Assembly: GCF_964213995.1 (NCBI RefSeq)
Contig: NW_027590253.1
Span: 372,001 to 436,000 of the forward strand
Length of the DNA: 64,000 bases
Direction of reading: 5' to 3'
Origin: Mustelus asterias
Taxonomy: Eukaryota
The position numbers were made by a program, and so were the translations under genes. Positions 35,840-48,652 of this stretch are shown here, one piece after another. Position 1 is the first letter of the stretch. The number at the start of each line of letters is the position of its first letter. Under the pieces are notes generated by a model that was not told the origin of the DNA, did no database searches, and worked only from the letters and a program-made list of their open reading frames with translations.

Positions 35840-38203
35840 TATTGGAACAATATGTAGATAGCCCGACTAGAGAGGGGGCTATACTGGACCTCGTACTGGG
35901 GAATGAGCCCGGTCAGGTCTTCAAAGTTTCGGTAGGGGAACATGTGGCAAATAGTGACCACAATTCTGTTAGCTTTAGGATAGTGATGGAAAAGGATGAG
36001 TGGTGTCCCAAGGGTGAGGTGTTGGATTGGGGGAAGGCTAACTTTAGTGGGATTAGGCAGAAATTGGCAGCTCTTGATTGGGAGAGGCTGTTTGAGGGTA
36101 AATCCACATCTGGCATGTGGGAGTCTTTTAAGGAACAGTTGTTAGGGCTACAGGACAAGCATGTGCCTGTTAAAAAGAAGGATAGGAAGGGTAGGATTCG
36201 AGAACCGTGGATAACCAGGGAAATTGAGGGACTGGTCAAAAAGAAAAGAGAGGCGTATGGTAGGTCCAGGCAGCTAAAAACGGAGGGAGCTCTAGAGGAG
36301 TACAAAGAAAGTAGGAAGGAACTCAAACGGGGAATTAGAAGAGCAAAAAGGGGTCACGAAATGTTCTTGGCAGACAGGATTAAGGAGAATCCCAAGGCAC
36401 TTTATTCATACGTTAGGAACAAAAGGGTTGTCAGGGACAAAATCGGACCTCTCAGGGACAAAAGTGGGGAATTATGCTTGGAGCCCAAAGAAGTAGGGGA
36501 GATCCTAAATGAATGCTTTGCGTCGGTATTCACAAAGGAGAGGGATGTGTTGACTGGGAGTGTCTCGGAGGGGAGTGTTGAACCGTTGGAGAAAATCTCC
36601 ATTACAAAGGAGGAAGTGTTAGGTTTGTTAGAGAACTTAAAGACTGACAAATCCCCAGGGCCTGATGGAATCTATCCAAGGCTGCTCAGGGAGACGAGAG
36701 ATGAAATCGCTGGGCCTCTGACGCAAATCTTTGTCTCGTCACTGGACGCAGGTGAGGTCCCAGAGGATTGGAGGATAGCTAATGTGGTCCCGTTAGTTAA
36801 GAAGGGTAGGAAGGATAACCCGGGTAATATAGGCCGGTGAGCTTGACGTCCGTGGTGGGGAAGTTGTTGGAGAAGATTCTTAGAGATAGGATGTATGCGC
36901 ATTTAGAGAGGAATAAACTCATTAACGATAGTCAGCATGGTTTTGTGAGAGGGAGGTCATGCCTCACTAACCTGGTGGAGTTTTTTGAAGAAGTGACCAA
37001 AATGGTTGACGAGGGAAGGGCCGTGGATGTCGTCTATATGGACTTTAGTAAAGCGTTTGACAAAGTCCCTCATGGTAGGCTGGTGAAAAAGGTTGGATCT
37101 CATGGGATAAAAGGGGAGGTGGCTAGATGGGTGGAGAACTGGCTTGGTCACAGAAGACAGAGGGTGGTACTGGAAGGGTCTTTTTCCGGCTGGAGGACTG
37201 TGACTAGTGGTGTTCCGCAGGGCTCTGTATTGGGACCTCTGCTGTTTGTGATTTATATAAATGATCTGGAAGAAGGTGTAACTGGGGTGATCAGTAAGTT
37301 TGCGGACGACACAAAATTGGCAGGACTTGCAGATAGTGAGGAGCATTGTCAGAAGCTACAGAAGGATATAGATAGGCTGGAAATTTGGGCAAAGAAATGG
37401 CAGATGGAGTTCAATCCTGATAAATGCGAAGTGATGCATTTTGGTAGAAATAATGTAGGGAGGAGCCACGTGATAAATGGCAGAACCATAAAGGGTGTAG
37501 ATACGCAGAGGGACCTGGGTGTGCAAGTCCACAGATCCTTGAAAGTGACGTCACAGGTGGAGAAGGTGGTGAAGAAGGCATATGGCATGCTTGCCTTTAT
37601 AGGACGGGGCATAGAATATAAAAGTTGGGGTCTGATGTTGCAGATGTATAGAACGTTGGTTCGGCCGCATCTGGAATATTGCGTCCAGTTCTGGTCGCCA
37701 CACTACCAGAAGGACGTGGAGGCTTTGGAGAGAGTACAGAGGAGGTTTACCAGGATGTTACCTGGTATGGAGGGGCTTAGTTATGAGGAGAGATTGGGTA
37801 AACTGGGGTTGATCTCCCTGGAAAGACGGAGGATGAGGGGAGACCTAATACAGGTGTATTAAATTATGAAAGGCATAGATAGGGTGAACGGTGGGAAGCT
37901 TTTCCTCAGGTCGGTGGTGACGTTCACGTGGAGTCATAGGTTCAAGGTGAAGGGGGGGAAGTTTAACACGGATATCAGACGGACATATTTTACACAGAGG
38001 GTGGTGGGGGCCTGGAATGCGCTGCCAGGCAAGGTGGTGGAGGCGGACACACTGGGAACGTTTAAGACTTATCTAGATAGCCATATGAACGGAGTGGGAA
38101 TGGAGGGATACAAAAGAAAGGTCTAGCTTGGACCAGGGAGCGGCGCGGGCTTGGAGGGTCGAAGGGCCTGTTCCTGTGCTGTATTGTTCTTTGTTCTTTG
38201 TTC
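35840..38203 (+). mobile_element. Young 5'-truncated CR1 LINE, ORF2 with one frameshift and one stop
   Basis: ORFs 35842-36840, 36837-37862 and 37866-38126 (SDH, DFSKAFDKVPH, PQGSVLGP, KFADD); tail (ttctttg)n. Confidence 0.96.
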
Positions 38204-38589
38204 AAAAGGGGGACAGAGACGGAGCAGGAGAAGGAGAGTGAGACAGAGAGGGTGCAGGAGAGACAGAGGAAGAGGGTAGAGAGAGGGAGACCGGGGGAGA
38301 GGTGGAGAGACAGAAAGAGACAGAGAGAAACATCGAGAGAGACAGAGGCACAGAGAGACACAGAGAAAGAGTGACAGAGAGAGAGACACACACAGAAACA
38401 CAGAAAGAGGCAGAGAGACATATTTAATAACTTTAACGATAACCATCAGGTGGAGTTATTGGAATATGAGCTCCCTGATTGGGGCAGTTAATGCTCTCCA
38501 ATCCGGAACCCCTGCAGACGCATATAATGTGGTGTATCTAGGTTACCGGAACTCAGGTTGTGTACACTCAGGGTGTGGATGTGTTGGAC

Positions 38590-38875
38590 TGGTGGCTTTA
38601 TCACTAGACTATTCATAGAGAAACTGAGCTAATGGTCTGGGCACCCGGGTTCCACTTCCGTCAAGGCAGATGGTGGAATATGAATAAATATATCTGGAGT
38701 TTAGAATCCGCTGGTGACCATAAAAACATTGTCGATTTTCGGATAAATCCATCTGGTTCACCAATATCCCAGGGAAGGAAATCTGTCGTCCTTACGTGGT
38801 CAGGCTTCAAGGTGACTCCAGGGCCACAGCAATGTGGTTGACACTTAATTGCCATTTGAACGTGGACAACTAGGA
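38590..38875 (+). mobile_element. Short SINE homologous to the head of the 17971-19320 element
   Basis: ccatctggttcac.aat..gaaatctg.cgtcctta..gtgactccag..ccacagcaatgtggttgac shared with 19030-19310 (reverse complement). Confidence 0.75.
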
Positions 38876-38899
38876 GGCCGATGCCTTAAGTTGGCGACA

Positions 38900-39710
38900 A
38901 TTCTCAGACACTTGTCGTATCACCAATGGAAAAGACGGTAACCATGAACTTTTTCAAAACTCTCCCCGTGGCAGCCAATAATATTCGGTTATGGAAGCAA
39001 AATTACCCATTCCTGAATAAACTGAAGCAGCTAGTGCTGATGGGGGATTCCAAAAGGCCGTTACAGCCTGAATTGCACCCATATTGGAGTGGCAGAGAGC
39101 AGCTGACTGTGGAAGATGGCACATGCCTATGGGGTTCAAGAGTGTCATCCTGAGCCACGTTATCCATCCCATCCTGTCTGAACTTTATCATGGCCACCCA
39201 GGAGTGGCAAACTGAAGATCCCCCAAGTTGCCATGTCTGGTGGCCAGGTATGGAAACAGATATTTGCTCGTGGGTCAGTGTTGGCAATATCAACAAGGGC
39301 AGAACTATCACCAGTCACTACTCTTCACACTTGGGAATGGCCAGGACGGCCGTCGACGTGGCTGCACATGGACAGTGCCGGACCGTTCATGGGGTCTATG
39401 TTCCTGATAATGGTAGATGCTGATTCAAAATGGATGGCCGTACACAGGGTGAGTTAATCAAACACAAGGACAAGAGTGGAGAAACTTCACGCCTCTTCCT
39501 TGACACCCGGGATCCCACAGGTTTTGGTTTCTGAAAATGGACCACCCTTCATCAGTCAGGAATTTGTGCATTAGATGAAGTTGAACAGAATTTGACATGT
39601 TAGGACAGTGCCCATATTACCCATCATCCAACGGCCTGGCAGAAAGAGCGGTCCAAACAGTAAAAGCAGGTTCAAAAAACTATCCCACAGCCACCTTGGA
39701 CACCAAACTG
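38900..39710 (+). mobile_element. Ty3/Gypsy LTR-retrotransposon integrase relic
   Basis: HPG..HVWWPGMETDI..LHTWEWPGRP..LHMDSAGPFMGSMFLIMVDADSKW..SENGPPFISQEF..HPSSNGLAERAVQ. Confidence 0.85.
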
Positions 39711-39749
39711 GTGCGGGCCTGAGCCTGGTGCGGGCCTGAACCTGGTGTG

Positions 39750-41690
39750 GGCCCTCGCAACATGAATGCCAGCATTCCATTTGCCTTTCTAACTGCCGAT
39801 TGAACCTTCAGGTTAGCCCAAAGGAATCTTGAACAAGGACTCCCAAATTCCTTTGTGCATCTGATTTTCTAAGTATTTCCCAATTTAGAAAATAGTCTGT
39901 GCCTCCATTCCTCCTTCCAAAGTGGATAATCTCACACTTTTCCTCATTGTATTCCATCTGCCACCTCTTTGCCCACTGCCTCATCTGTCCAAGACGTTCT
40001 GCAGCCCTCCCCCCACCAACTTGCTCAATACTCCCTGTCCCTCTTCATATATTTGTATCATCTGCAAACTTAGCAACAGTGCCTTCATTTCGTTCTTCCA
40101 AATCATTAATGTATATTGTGAAAAGTTGTGCTCCCAGCACCGACCCCTGAGGCACACCACTGGTTGCCATCCTGAAAATAAAATCCCTTCATCCCCACTC
40201 TCTGCCTTCTGCCAGTCAGCCAATCTTCTATCCATGCCAGGATCTTACCTTCAACACCATTGGCACTTAACTTGTTTAACAGTCTCCTATGCCGCGCCTT
40301 ATCAATGTCCTTCTCGAAATCGAAATAAATCAGGTCCACTGGTTCTCCCTTCCTAACTTCGTTGCTACCTCCTCAAAGAACTCTAACAGATTTGTCAGAC
40401 ATGAGCTCCCCTTGACAAAGCCGTGCTGTCTCAGTCCTATTTTATCATGCACTTCTACGCTCTCATATTTAATAATGAACTCTAAAATCTTGCCAATGAC
40501 CGAAGTCAAGCTAACCGGCCTATAAATTCCCATCTGCTGCCTCCCTCCCTTCTTAAACAGCAGTGTTACATTAGCTACCTTCTGGTCTTCTGGTATCATC
40601 CCTGCCTCCAGTGATTCCTGAAAGTTGACCACCAATGCCTCCACAATTTCCTCAGCTATCTCTTTTAGTCCCTGGGGTGTAGTCCATCCGGTCCAGGTGA
40701 TTTATCCACCTTCAGACCTTTCAGTTTCCCCAGAACCTTCTCCTTAGTGATGGCCACTACACTCACCTGAGACTCCCGACTCTCGTGGAGCTCTGGCTGT
40801 CACTGGTGTCTTCAACCGTGAAGACTGATGCAAACTATTCAGTTCCTCTGCCATTTCTTTGTTTCCTATTATTCCTTCTCCAGCCTCATTTTCCAGTTGT
40901 CCAATTTTTGCCTCTCTCTTAACATTTATATATTGAAAACAACTCTTCCTATCTTGTTTTATAATACGAGCTAGCTTACACTCATATTTCATCTTCCCCC
41001 CCCCCCCCCCCTTATTGCTTTTTTATTTGTCCTCTGCTCGCTTTTAAAGGCTTCCCAAACCTCTTCCTTCCCACAAATCTTTGCCACTTTGTATGCTTTC
41101 TCTTTTGCATTTATGCTGTCCTTGACTTCCCCGTCAGCCATGGATGCCTGGTCCTCTCTGTGGCATGTTTCCTCCTGCTTGGGATGAATTTATGTTGTGC
41201 CTCTCGAATAACTCTCAAAAACTCCTGTCATTGCTGTTCCACTGTCTTCCCTGCGAGGCTCCCTTTCCAATCAGCTCTGGTCAGCTCCTCCTTCATGTCC
41301 TTGTAGTTACCTTAATTTAATTCAAACACCTTTATATCTGATTCCAGCTTCTCCCTCTCAAACTGCAGGGTAAATTCTATCATATTGTAGTCACTGCTCC
41401 TTCAAGGGTTCCTTCACCTTAAGTTCCCTAATCTAGTCTGCCTCATTACACATCACCAAATCCAGAATTGGCTGTTCCCTAGTAGGCTCTGTCACAAGCT
41501 GCTCCAAACAAAACATCTCTTAGACATTCCACAAATTCATTTTCGTGGGTTCCACGACCTACCTGATTTCCCAGTCCACCTGCATATTGAAGTCCCCCAT
41601 GATTATTGTAATGTTGCCTTTTCTATCTCCTGATGTATTTTCTGCCCCTCATTCTCTCACCATCCTCATCACTACCCTCAGACTGTACTT
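39750..41690 (-). mobile_element. Decayed CR1 LINE (endonuclease to RT)
   Basis: YRPVSLTSVIGK, QHGFVKG, IIMGDFN on the minus strand. Confidence 0.85.
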
Positions 41691-42268
41691 TGCCCTTTAC
41701 CTCCGCCAATAGTACCCGATGTTTACATTTGAAGGCCAGTTTCTGAATTTCAAAGTCTCTCTATTTTTCCCTTTCCCTTGCCTCCTTTTTCCCTTTTGCC
41801 TGTAATTCACATTGATTTAATTATTTTGCTTGCTGTTCCTCCCTTTCCTTTTCTTTTCCCTGTAATTCAAATTGATTTAGTTATTTTTTATATAGAGTCA
41901 GTTTCATTTGCAACTGAATTCTCGCCATTTCCAACGATCCTGACTGTGCTTCTGACAGTTCCAAATGCTGTGCTATCGCCACAATTATCTCTCCTTTCCG
42001 TACTCTGTCAGGCAATGTCAACTGCAATGGGTTTCCAATTACAAAAGCTTTGCTTTAGTCACTATCTGTCAGGTAACTTGCGTGACTTCCTCCACCTGCA
42101 GAAACTTCTGAGCCTCTGAAAGAGCCATTCATCCAAACCACACTCCCTATTTAAACTTGAATACAACACCTGAAAAGCAAACACAAATCTGCGCACTACT
42201 CACTGTCTTTGAGTTCACTAATCCCAAATCAATCAAGAAATACAGATTTCAATCCCTGAGCCCCCAGT

Positions 42269-42884
42269 TGTTTTAAGTCAGGTTGGATACTTCCAGGTGT
42301 TCCATGAAGTTCCAGTGACCTCTGACGCTTTACCTTCAATCTGGCTGGATGGAGCACGTGAGGTTTCACTTCAGGTGTGACTCAACTGACCCACGAAGAA
42401 CTGTTATTCAAAACAAAATTTATTAATAATATTGTTGACATGTATAGTAAGACATTTAGCAAGAACTTTTAAAAATTACAAACAAGAAACACAACAACCA
42501 CGATAATGTATAACTTTGAAGGAAATATCTCTCGTGTGTTCCAACCAAAGCCAACATCCAATCCACAAAACCCTCCAAATCACCACAATACAGCAGAGGT
42601 TAATGCCTACTTAATACACGTGTCCAGCCTCCTGGGCTGAATGCTCAAAATCCCTTGAGAAACTCAACAGAGGTTGTAGTCCAATCTATTCGGCAAAACA
42701 CAGCCTTTTCAAAAGTGAAGGACGGGGAGAGGAAGAAAGATATTGCTTCTGAGCTTGCTGCTAAACTGCTTCCCAAAACTAAACTAAAAAAAAACTATCA
42801 CCTGACCGCCACAGCTTAGCTCCGCCTCCATGTAAGCTGCATGATTTAAAAAATAATAATTCTTAAAGGTCCACTCACATGACA
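42269..42884 (-). mobile_element. Probable solo LTR
   Basis: Minus strand starts TGTCATGTGAGTGGACCTTTAAG, has AATAAA near 42420 and ends ..AACA; related to 23492. Confidence 0.55.
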
Positions 42885-43112
42885 ATATAAACACTCACGC
42901 TCTCAACTCAGCACTCCCCATTACCGCAACACTCTCCCTCTCACATCAACACTATCCTGTAACTTCAGCACACACCCTCACCTCAATAGTCCCCTTCTCC
43001 TCTCTGCACAATCTCTATCATGATGTGGAGATGCCGGCGTTGGACTGGAGTCAGCACAGTAAGAAGTCTCACAACACCAGGTTAAAGTCCAACAGGTTTA
43101 TTTGGTAGCAAA

Positions 43113-43151
43113 TACCATAAGCTTTCGGAGCAGAGCTCCTTCGTCAGATGG
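43113..43151 (-). ncRNA. Minimal hammerhead ribozyme motif in the Penelope pLTR
   Basis: ccat-CTGACGA-a-ggagc-tct-gctcc-GAAA-gctta-tgg: intact core, stem II and a palindromic AAGCTT stem III. The inverted copy at 44480-44516 has GAAA>GAGA. Confidence 0.75.
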
Positions 43152-43359
43152 AGTGGATATCTGTTCTCAAACAGTGCACAGACACAGAAATCAAATTACA
43201 GAATACTGATTAGAATGCAAATCTCTACAGCCAGCTAGGTCTTAAATGTACAGAAAATGTGGGTGGAGGGAGCATTCAACACAGGTTAAAGAGATGTGTA
43301 TTGTCTCCAGACAGTACAGCTCGTGAAATTCTGCAAGTCCAGGAGGCAAGCTGTGGGGC

Positions 43360-44330
43360 TTACTGATAATGTGACATAAATCCAACATCCCGGTTTAGGC
43401 CATCCTCATATGTGCGAAACTTGGCTATCAGTTTCTGCTCAGCGACTCTGCGCTGTCGTGTGTCGTGAAGGCCACCTTGGAGAACGCTTACCTGAAGATC
43501 CAAGGCTGAATGCCCGTGACTGCTGAAGTGCTCCCCCACAGGAAGAGAACAGTCTTGCCTGGTGATTGTCGAGCGGTGTTCATTCATCCGTTGTCGTAGT
43601 GTCTGCATGGTTTCCCCAATGTACCATGCCTCGGGACATCCTTTCTTGCAGCGTATCAGGTAGACAACGTTGGCCGAGTTGCAAGAGTAGGTACCGTGTA
43701 CCTGGCAGATGGTGTTCTCACGTGAGATGATGGCATCCGTGTCGATGATCCGGCACGTCTTGCAGAGGTTGCTGTGGCAGGGTTGTGTGGTGTCATGGTC
43801 ACTGTTCTCCTGAAGGCTGGGTAGTTTGCTGCGGACAACGGTCTGTTTGAGGTTACGTGGTTGTTTGAAGGCAAGAAGTGGGGGTGCGGGGATGGCCTTG
43901 GCGAGATGTTCGTCTTCATCAATGACATGTTGAAGGCTCCGGAGGAGATGCCATAGCTTCTCTGCTCCGGGGAAGTACTGGACGACGAAGGGTACTCTGT
44001 CCACCGTGTCCCGTGTTTGTCTTCTGAGGAGGTCGGTGCGGTTTTTCACTGTGGCGTGTCGGAACTGTTGATCGATGAGTCGAGCGCCATATCCTGTGCT
44101 TGTGAGGGCATCTTTCAGCGTCTGGTGGTGTCTGTTGCGATCCTCCTCGTCCGAGCAGATCCTGTGTATACGGAGGGCTTGTCCGTAGGGGATGGCTTCT
44201 TTAACGTGTTTAGGGTGGAAGCTGGAGAAGTGGAGCATCGTGAGGTTATCCATGGGCTTGCGGTACAGTGAGGTGCTGAGGTGACCGTCCGTAATGGAGA
44301 TGCGTGTGTCCAAGAATGCAACCGATTCCG
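43360..44330 (-). CDS. Penelope RT C-terminus, Zn-linker and GIY-YIG endonuclease (partial)
   Basis: FLD..I, LYRKP, SFHPKH, CHSNLCKTC, NVVYLIRC..AWYIGET..LRQRMNEH..E..LI..GLN. Confidence 0.9.
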
Positions 44331-44679
44331 GAGAGACAATACACATCTCTTTAACCTGTGTTGAATGCTCCCTCCACCCACATTGTCTGTACATTTAAGA
44401 CCTGGCTGGCTGTATTCTAATCAGTATTCTGTAATTTGATTTTGTGTCTGTTTGCACTGTTTGAGAACAGATATCCACTCCATCTGACGAAGGAGCTGTG
44501 CTCCGAGAGCTTATGGTATTTGCTACCAAATAAACCTGTTGGACTTTAACCTGGTGTTGTGAGACTACTTACCAATCTCTATCACACAGACATGACACCC
44601 TTTCTACTCAACACTATCCGTCTCACATCTAAATTCTCTGGCATCTAAACCTCTGGCATACCACTGTTTCCCTATTCAG

Positions 44680-45912
44680 GCGACACAGAGGAAGAGGAGC
44701 AGTTGACCCCGAGACCCTCCCTTTATCCGTCACTCCCCAATGCTCCGTTGCCGCCTCCCCAATCCCAGCCCCCCTCCCCCCTCTTACCCCCCTGCTGCCG
44801 CTGATCCCATATCATCACGCATCCGCTCACAGACGCAAGCCCTGTCTGTGAAACAGCCCTTCACCTCTCAATCGAATTCTTCCAGATCTGTCCTTTCAAC
44901 CTAAGTCGGAGGAGGCTTTTCCGCCACCACATCCCCCTGCCAATTATCCCATTAGAAATCTCCTCAACCCCCGAGCTGGTGCTTCCGACAACCAATTCAT
45001 TGAGGTGTGGCAGGCCTTTAAACCCCAGGAACTCTGCGTCATCATGGCCCACTGTCCGCCCTGTAAAGACAACCCAGAGGGGTTTACTGAATATTTAAGA
45101 CGCACTGCGACCATGTATGGTGCTACTGCGCGTGATCAGTATGCATTGATTTATTCCTCACTTCCCCCAGAGTTAGGGGGAAAATGGAAAACGGAATTAT
45201 GAACTCACGGGGCCATGTGGGAAGCATTTAACAATGCACACCAGACGGAGGAGGATCAGCGCGCTTTAATGTTCCCGGCGCTGAAACGGGTTCTCCGTAA
45301 GCCCGTAGGCATCTCCAAACTCCTTGACTATAGACCCGTTCCTAAGGAAGATGGTACAGCTTTTTTTGACCGCTTCTGGCGTCTGCACTCTTTACTCTGG
45401 CGATCATGCTTTTAATGATGAAAAACAGTCTCCCCAATTTAATACGATGCCTGACTGCATCGCGCCCAGTATTAAAACTAATAATGTGGACGAGTCTGAC
45501 AGTTCAAAATCTCAAATGAGACGAGCTGTTTCTTACTACTGGAGCAATGGCCGCGGCCCTGAGGTCTCTGATAAAGACAATACGCCTCGGATTAAGTCCG
45601 AATTTGTCCAACGACCCTCTCAGAGGAAACCTCCTAAATATTCGGCAGGTCAGAGATTTCCGGCTTTTCCCTTTCACTACGGCCCAGATTGCAGGATCGG
45701 GTTACCGCACGCATGCTGATCGCCCCAACGCACCAAACCCAGGGGATTTCGACTGCGCTCTTCCACCTCATCTGGTGGCCAGGAATAATGTCACTTGCTT
45801 TAACTGCCAACAAATAGGACATTACGCTACGGACTGCCGGATCCCCGCCGGCACGTTAGATCTCAGAACCGTCGACAGACGCCCTTCACCGCCTCTCGCC
45901 CCTACTGACTAG
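44680..45912 (+). pseudogene. gag: ERV-B gag
   Basis: Pro-rich region, capsid-like WQAFKPQEL..NPEGF, knuckle CFNCQQIGHYATDC, and a TAG directly before pro (consistent with readthrough expression). Confidence 0.85.
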
Positions 45913-45973
45913 CCCGGTCCAACTATCCGGTCCTCTTAGCGGACCACTTTGCCGAGCCCACTGCTACGATTTA

Positions 45974-48647
45974 TAGAACATAGAAAAAATACAGCACAAA
46001 CAGGCCCTTCGGCCCACAAGTTGCGCCAGTCATGTCGCTACCTGCCTAGGCTTATATATAGGCTTACCTATAACCTTCAATCCTATTAAGTCCTATGTAC
46101 TCATCCAGATGTCTCTTAAAATACCCAATCGAGTTTGCCTCCACCACCACTGACGGCAGCCAATTCCACTCACCCACCACCCTCTGAGTGAAAAACTTAC
46201 CCCTGACATCTCCTCTGTACCTACTCCCCAGCACCTTAAACCTGTGTCCTCTCGTGGCAGCCATTTCAGCCCTGGGAAAAGGCCTCCGAGAATCCACCCG
46301 ATCTATACCTCTCAACATCTTGTACACCTCTCTCAGCTCACCTCTCATCCTTCGTCTCTCCAAGGAGAAAATGCCAAGTTCCCTCAATCTGTCCTCATAA
46401 GGCATGCCAACCAATCCAGGCAACATCCTTGTAAATCTTTTCTGCACCCTTTCAATAATTTCCACATCCCTCCTGTAATGAGGCGACCGGAAGTGAGCAC
46501 AGTACTCCAAGTGGGGTCTGGCGGGGGTCTTGTAAAGCTGCATCATTATGTCCCGACTCCTGAACTCAATCCCTCGATTTATGAAGGCCAGCACACCATA
46601 CACCTTCTTAACCACCTCTTCTGCCTGCGAGGCCGATTGAAGAGTCCGATGGAACCGGACTCCAAGGTCCTTCTGATCCCCAACACTGCTAAGAGTCTTA
46701 CCCTTGATATTATACACGTTCATCCCATTTGACCTGCCAAAATGGACAACTACACATTTATCCGGGTTGAAGTCCATCAGCCACTTCTCTGCCCAGTCTT
46801 GCATCCTATCTGTGTCACGCTGCAGCTTCTGACATCCCTCCAAACTATCCACAACACCACCAACGTTCGTGTCGTCGGCAAACTTACCAACCCATCCCTC
46901 CACTTCCTCATCCAAGTCATTTGTGAAAATAACAAACAGCAAGTGTCCCAGAACAGATCTCTGGTGCACTCCACTGGTGACCGACCTCCATTCAGAAAAA
47001 GATCCAACTACAACCACTCTCTGCCTTCTGCAGGCAAGCCAGTTCCGGATCCACAAGGCTACAGCCCCTTGGATCCCATGCCCTCTCTCTTTCTCGAGAA
47101 GTCTTGCATGGGGGACCTTATCGAACCCCTTGCTGAAGTCCATGTAAACCACATCTACCGCTTTTCCTTCGTCAATGCATTTAGTCACATTTTCAAAGAA
47201 CTCCGCAAGGCTCGTAAGGCACGACTTGCCTTTGACAAAGCCGTGCTGACTATTTTTGAGCATACTAAACTTCTCTAAATGTTCATAAATCCTGTCCGGC
47301 AGGATCTTCTCCATCAACATACCAACCACTGAGGTTAGACTCACCGGTCGGTATTTTCCTGGGCTATCCCTATTCCCTTTCTTGAATATAGGAACCACAT
47401 CCGAAATCCTCCAATCCTCCTGAACCACTCCTGTCTCCATCGACGACGCAAAGATCATCGCCAGAGGCTCTGCAATCTTTTCCCTCCCCTCCCACAGTAA
47501 CCTGGGGTACATCCCATCCAGTCCTGGCGACTTATCTATCTTGATGCTATTCAAAATTTCCAACACATCCTCTTTCTTAATATCCACATACTCAATCTTT
47601 TCAGCCCTCCACAATCCTGTAGTACAACCACCCAGGTCTTTTTCCACTGCGAATACCCTGGTAAAGTATTCATTAAGCACCTCTGCTATTCCTTCCGGTT
47701 CTATACAGACTTTCTCACCTTCACATTTCATAGGTACTATTACTTCGCATCTCATCCTTTTCGCCAGTACCAGATCGAGTACAGCCTCTCCTCTTGTAGG
47801 CTTATCCACTTGCTGTGTCAGGAAACCCTCCTGAACACACCTAACAAACTCCTCCCCATCTAAGCCCCTTCCCCTAGGGATATTTCAATCGATGTTTGGG
47901 AAATTAAAGTCTCCCATCACGAAAGCCCTGTTATTACTACATCTCTCCAGGATCTGTTTCCCTATCTGCTCCACAACATCCCAGTTGCGATTGGGCGGCC
48001 TGTAGAAAATACCCAGCAAAGTTATCGAATCCCTTCCCGATCCGAACTTGCACCCACAGAGACTCCGTAGACAATAAGAACATAAGAACATAAGACATAG
48101 GAGCAGGAGTAGGCCATCTCGCCCCTCGAGCCTGCTCCGCCATTCAATAAGATCATGGCTGATCTGACGTGGATCAGTACCACTTACCCGCCTGATCCCC
48201 ATAACCCTTAATTCCCTTACTGATCAGGAATCCATCCATCCGCGCTTTAAACATATTCAGCGAGGTAGCCTCCACCACCTCAGTGGGCAGAGAATTCCAG
48301 AGATTCACCACCCTCTGGGAGAAGAAGTTCCTCCTCAACTCTGTCTTAAACCGACCCCCCTTTATTTTGAGGCTGTGTCCTCTAGTTTTAACTTCCTTAC
48401 TAAGTGGAAGGAATCTCTCCGCCTCCACCCTATCCAGCCCCCGCATTATCTTATAAGTCTCCATAAGATCCCCCTCATCCTTCTAAACTCCAACGAGTAC
48501 AAACCCAATCTCCTCAGCCTCTCCTCATAATCCAAACCCCAATCCCTCCATGGCTTCCACCTTCTCTACAGCTGTGACACTATCCCTGATCAGCAGTGCC
48601 ACTCTCCCCCCCCCTTCTTTTACCTCCCTCTCTGTCCTTTATGAAAC
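45974..48647 (-). mobile_element. CR1 LINE inserted in the ERV-B protease, with a nested younger CR1 3' end at about 48075-48540
   Basis: 581-aa ORF 46064-47809 with RT motifs; ATTTA duplicated at 45969-45973 and 48648-48652; removing the LINE restores PTATIYVEGVPVPFLIDTGATHS. Confidence 0.95.
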
Positions 48648-48652
48648 ATTTA

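Larger units (their letters stand above)
43021..44572 (-). mobile_element. Penelope-like element, 5'-truncated, with inverted pLTR and 12-bp TSD
   Basis: 44333-44572 is an inverted copy of 43060-43308; CAATCTCTATCA flanks both ends (43009-43020 and 44573-44584). Confidence 0.93.

Noticed and set aside
35508-35961. ORFs in the GA-rich tract, and antisense ORFs over CR1 copies generally
   Set aside because: Low-complexity or shadow frames of LINE ORF2
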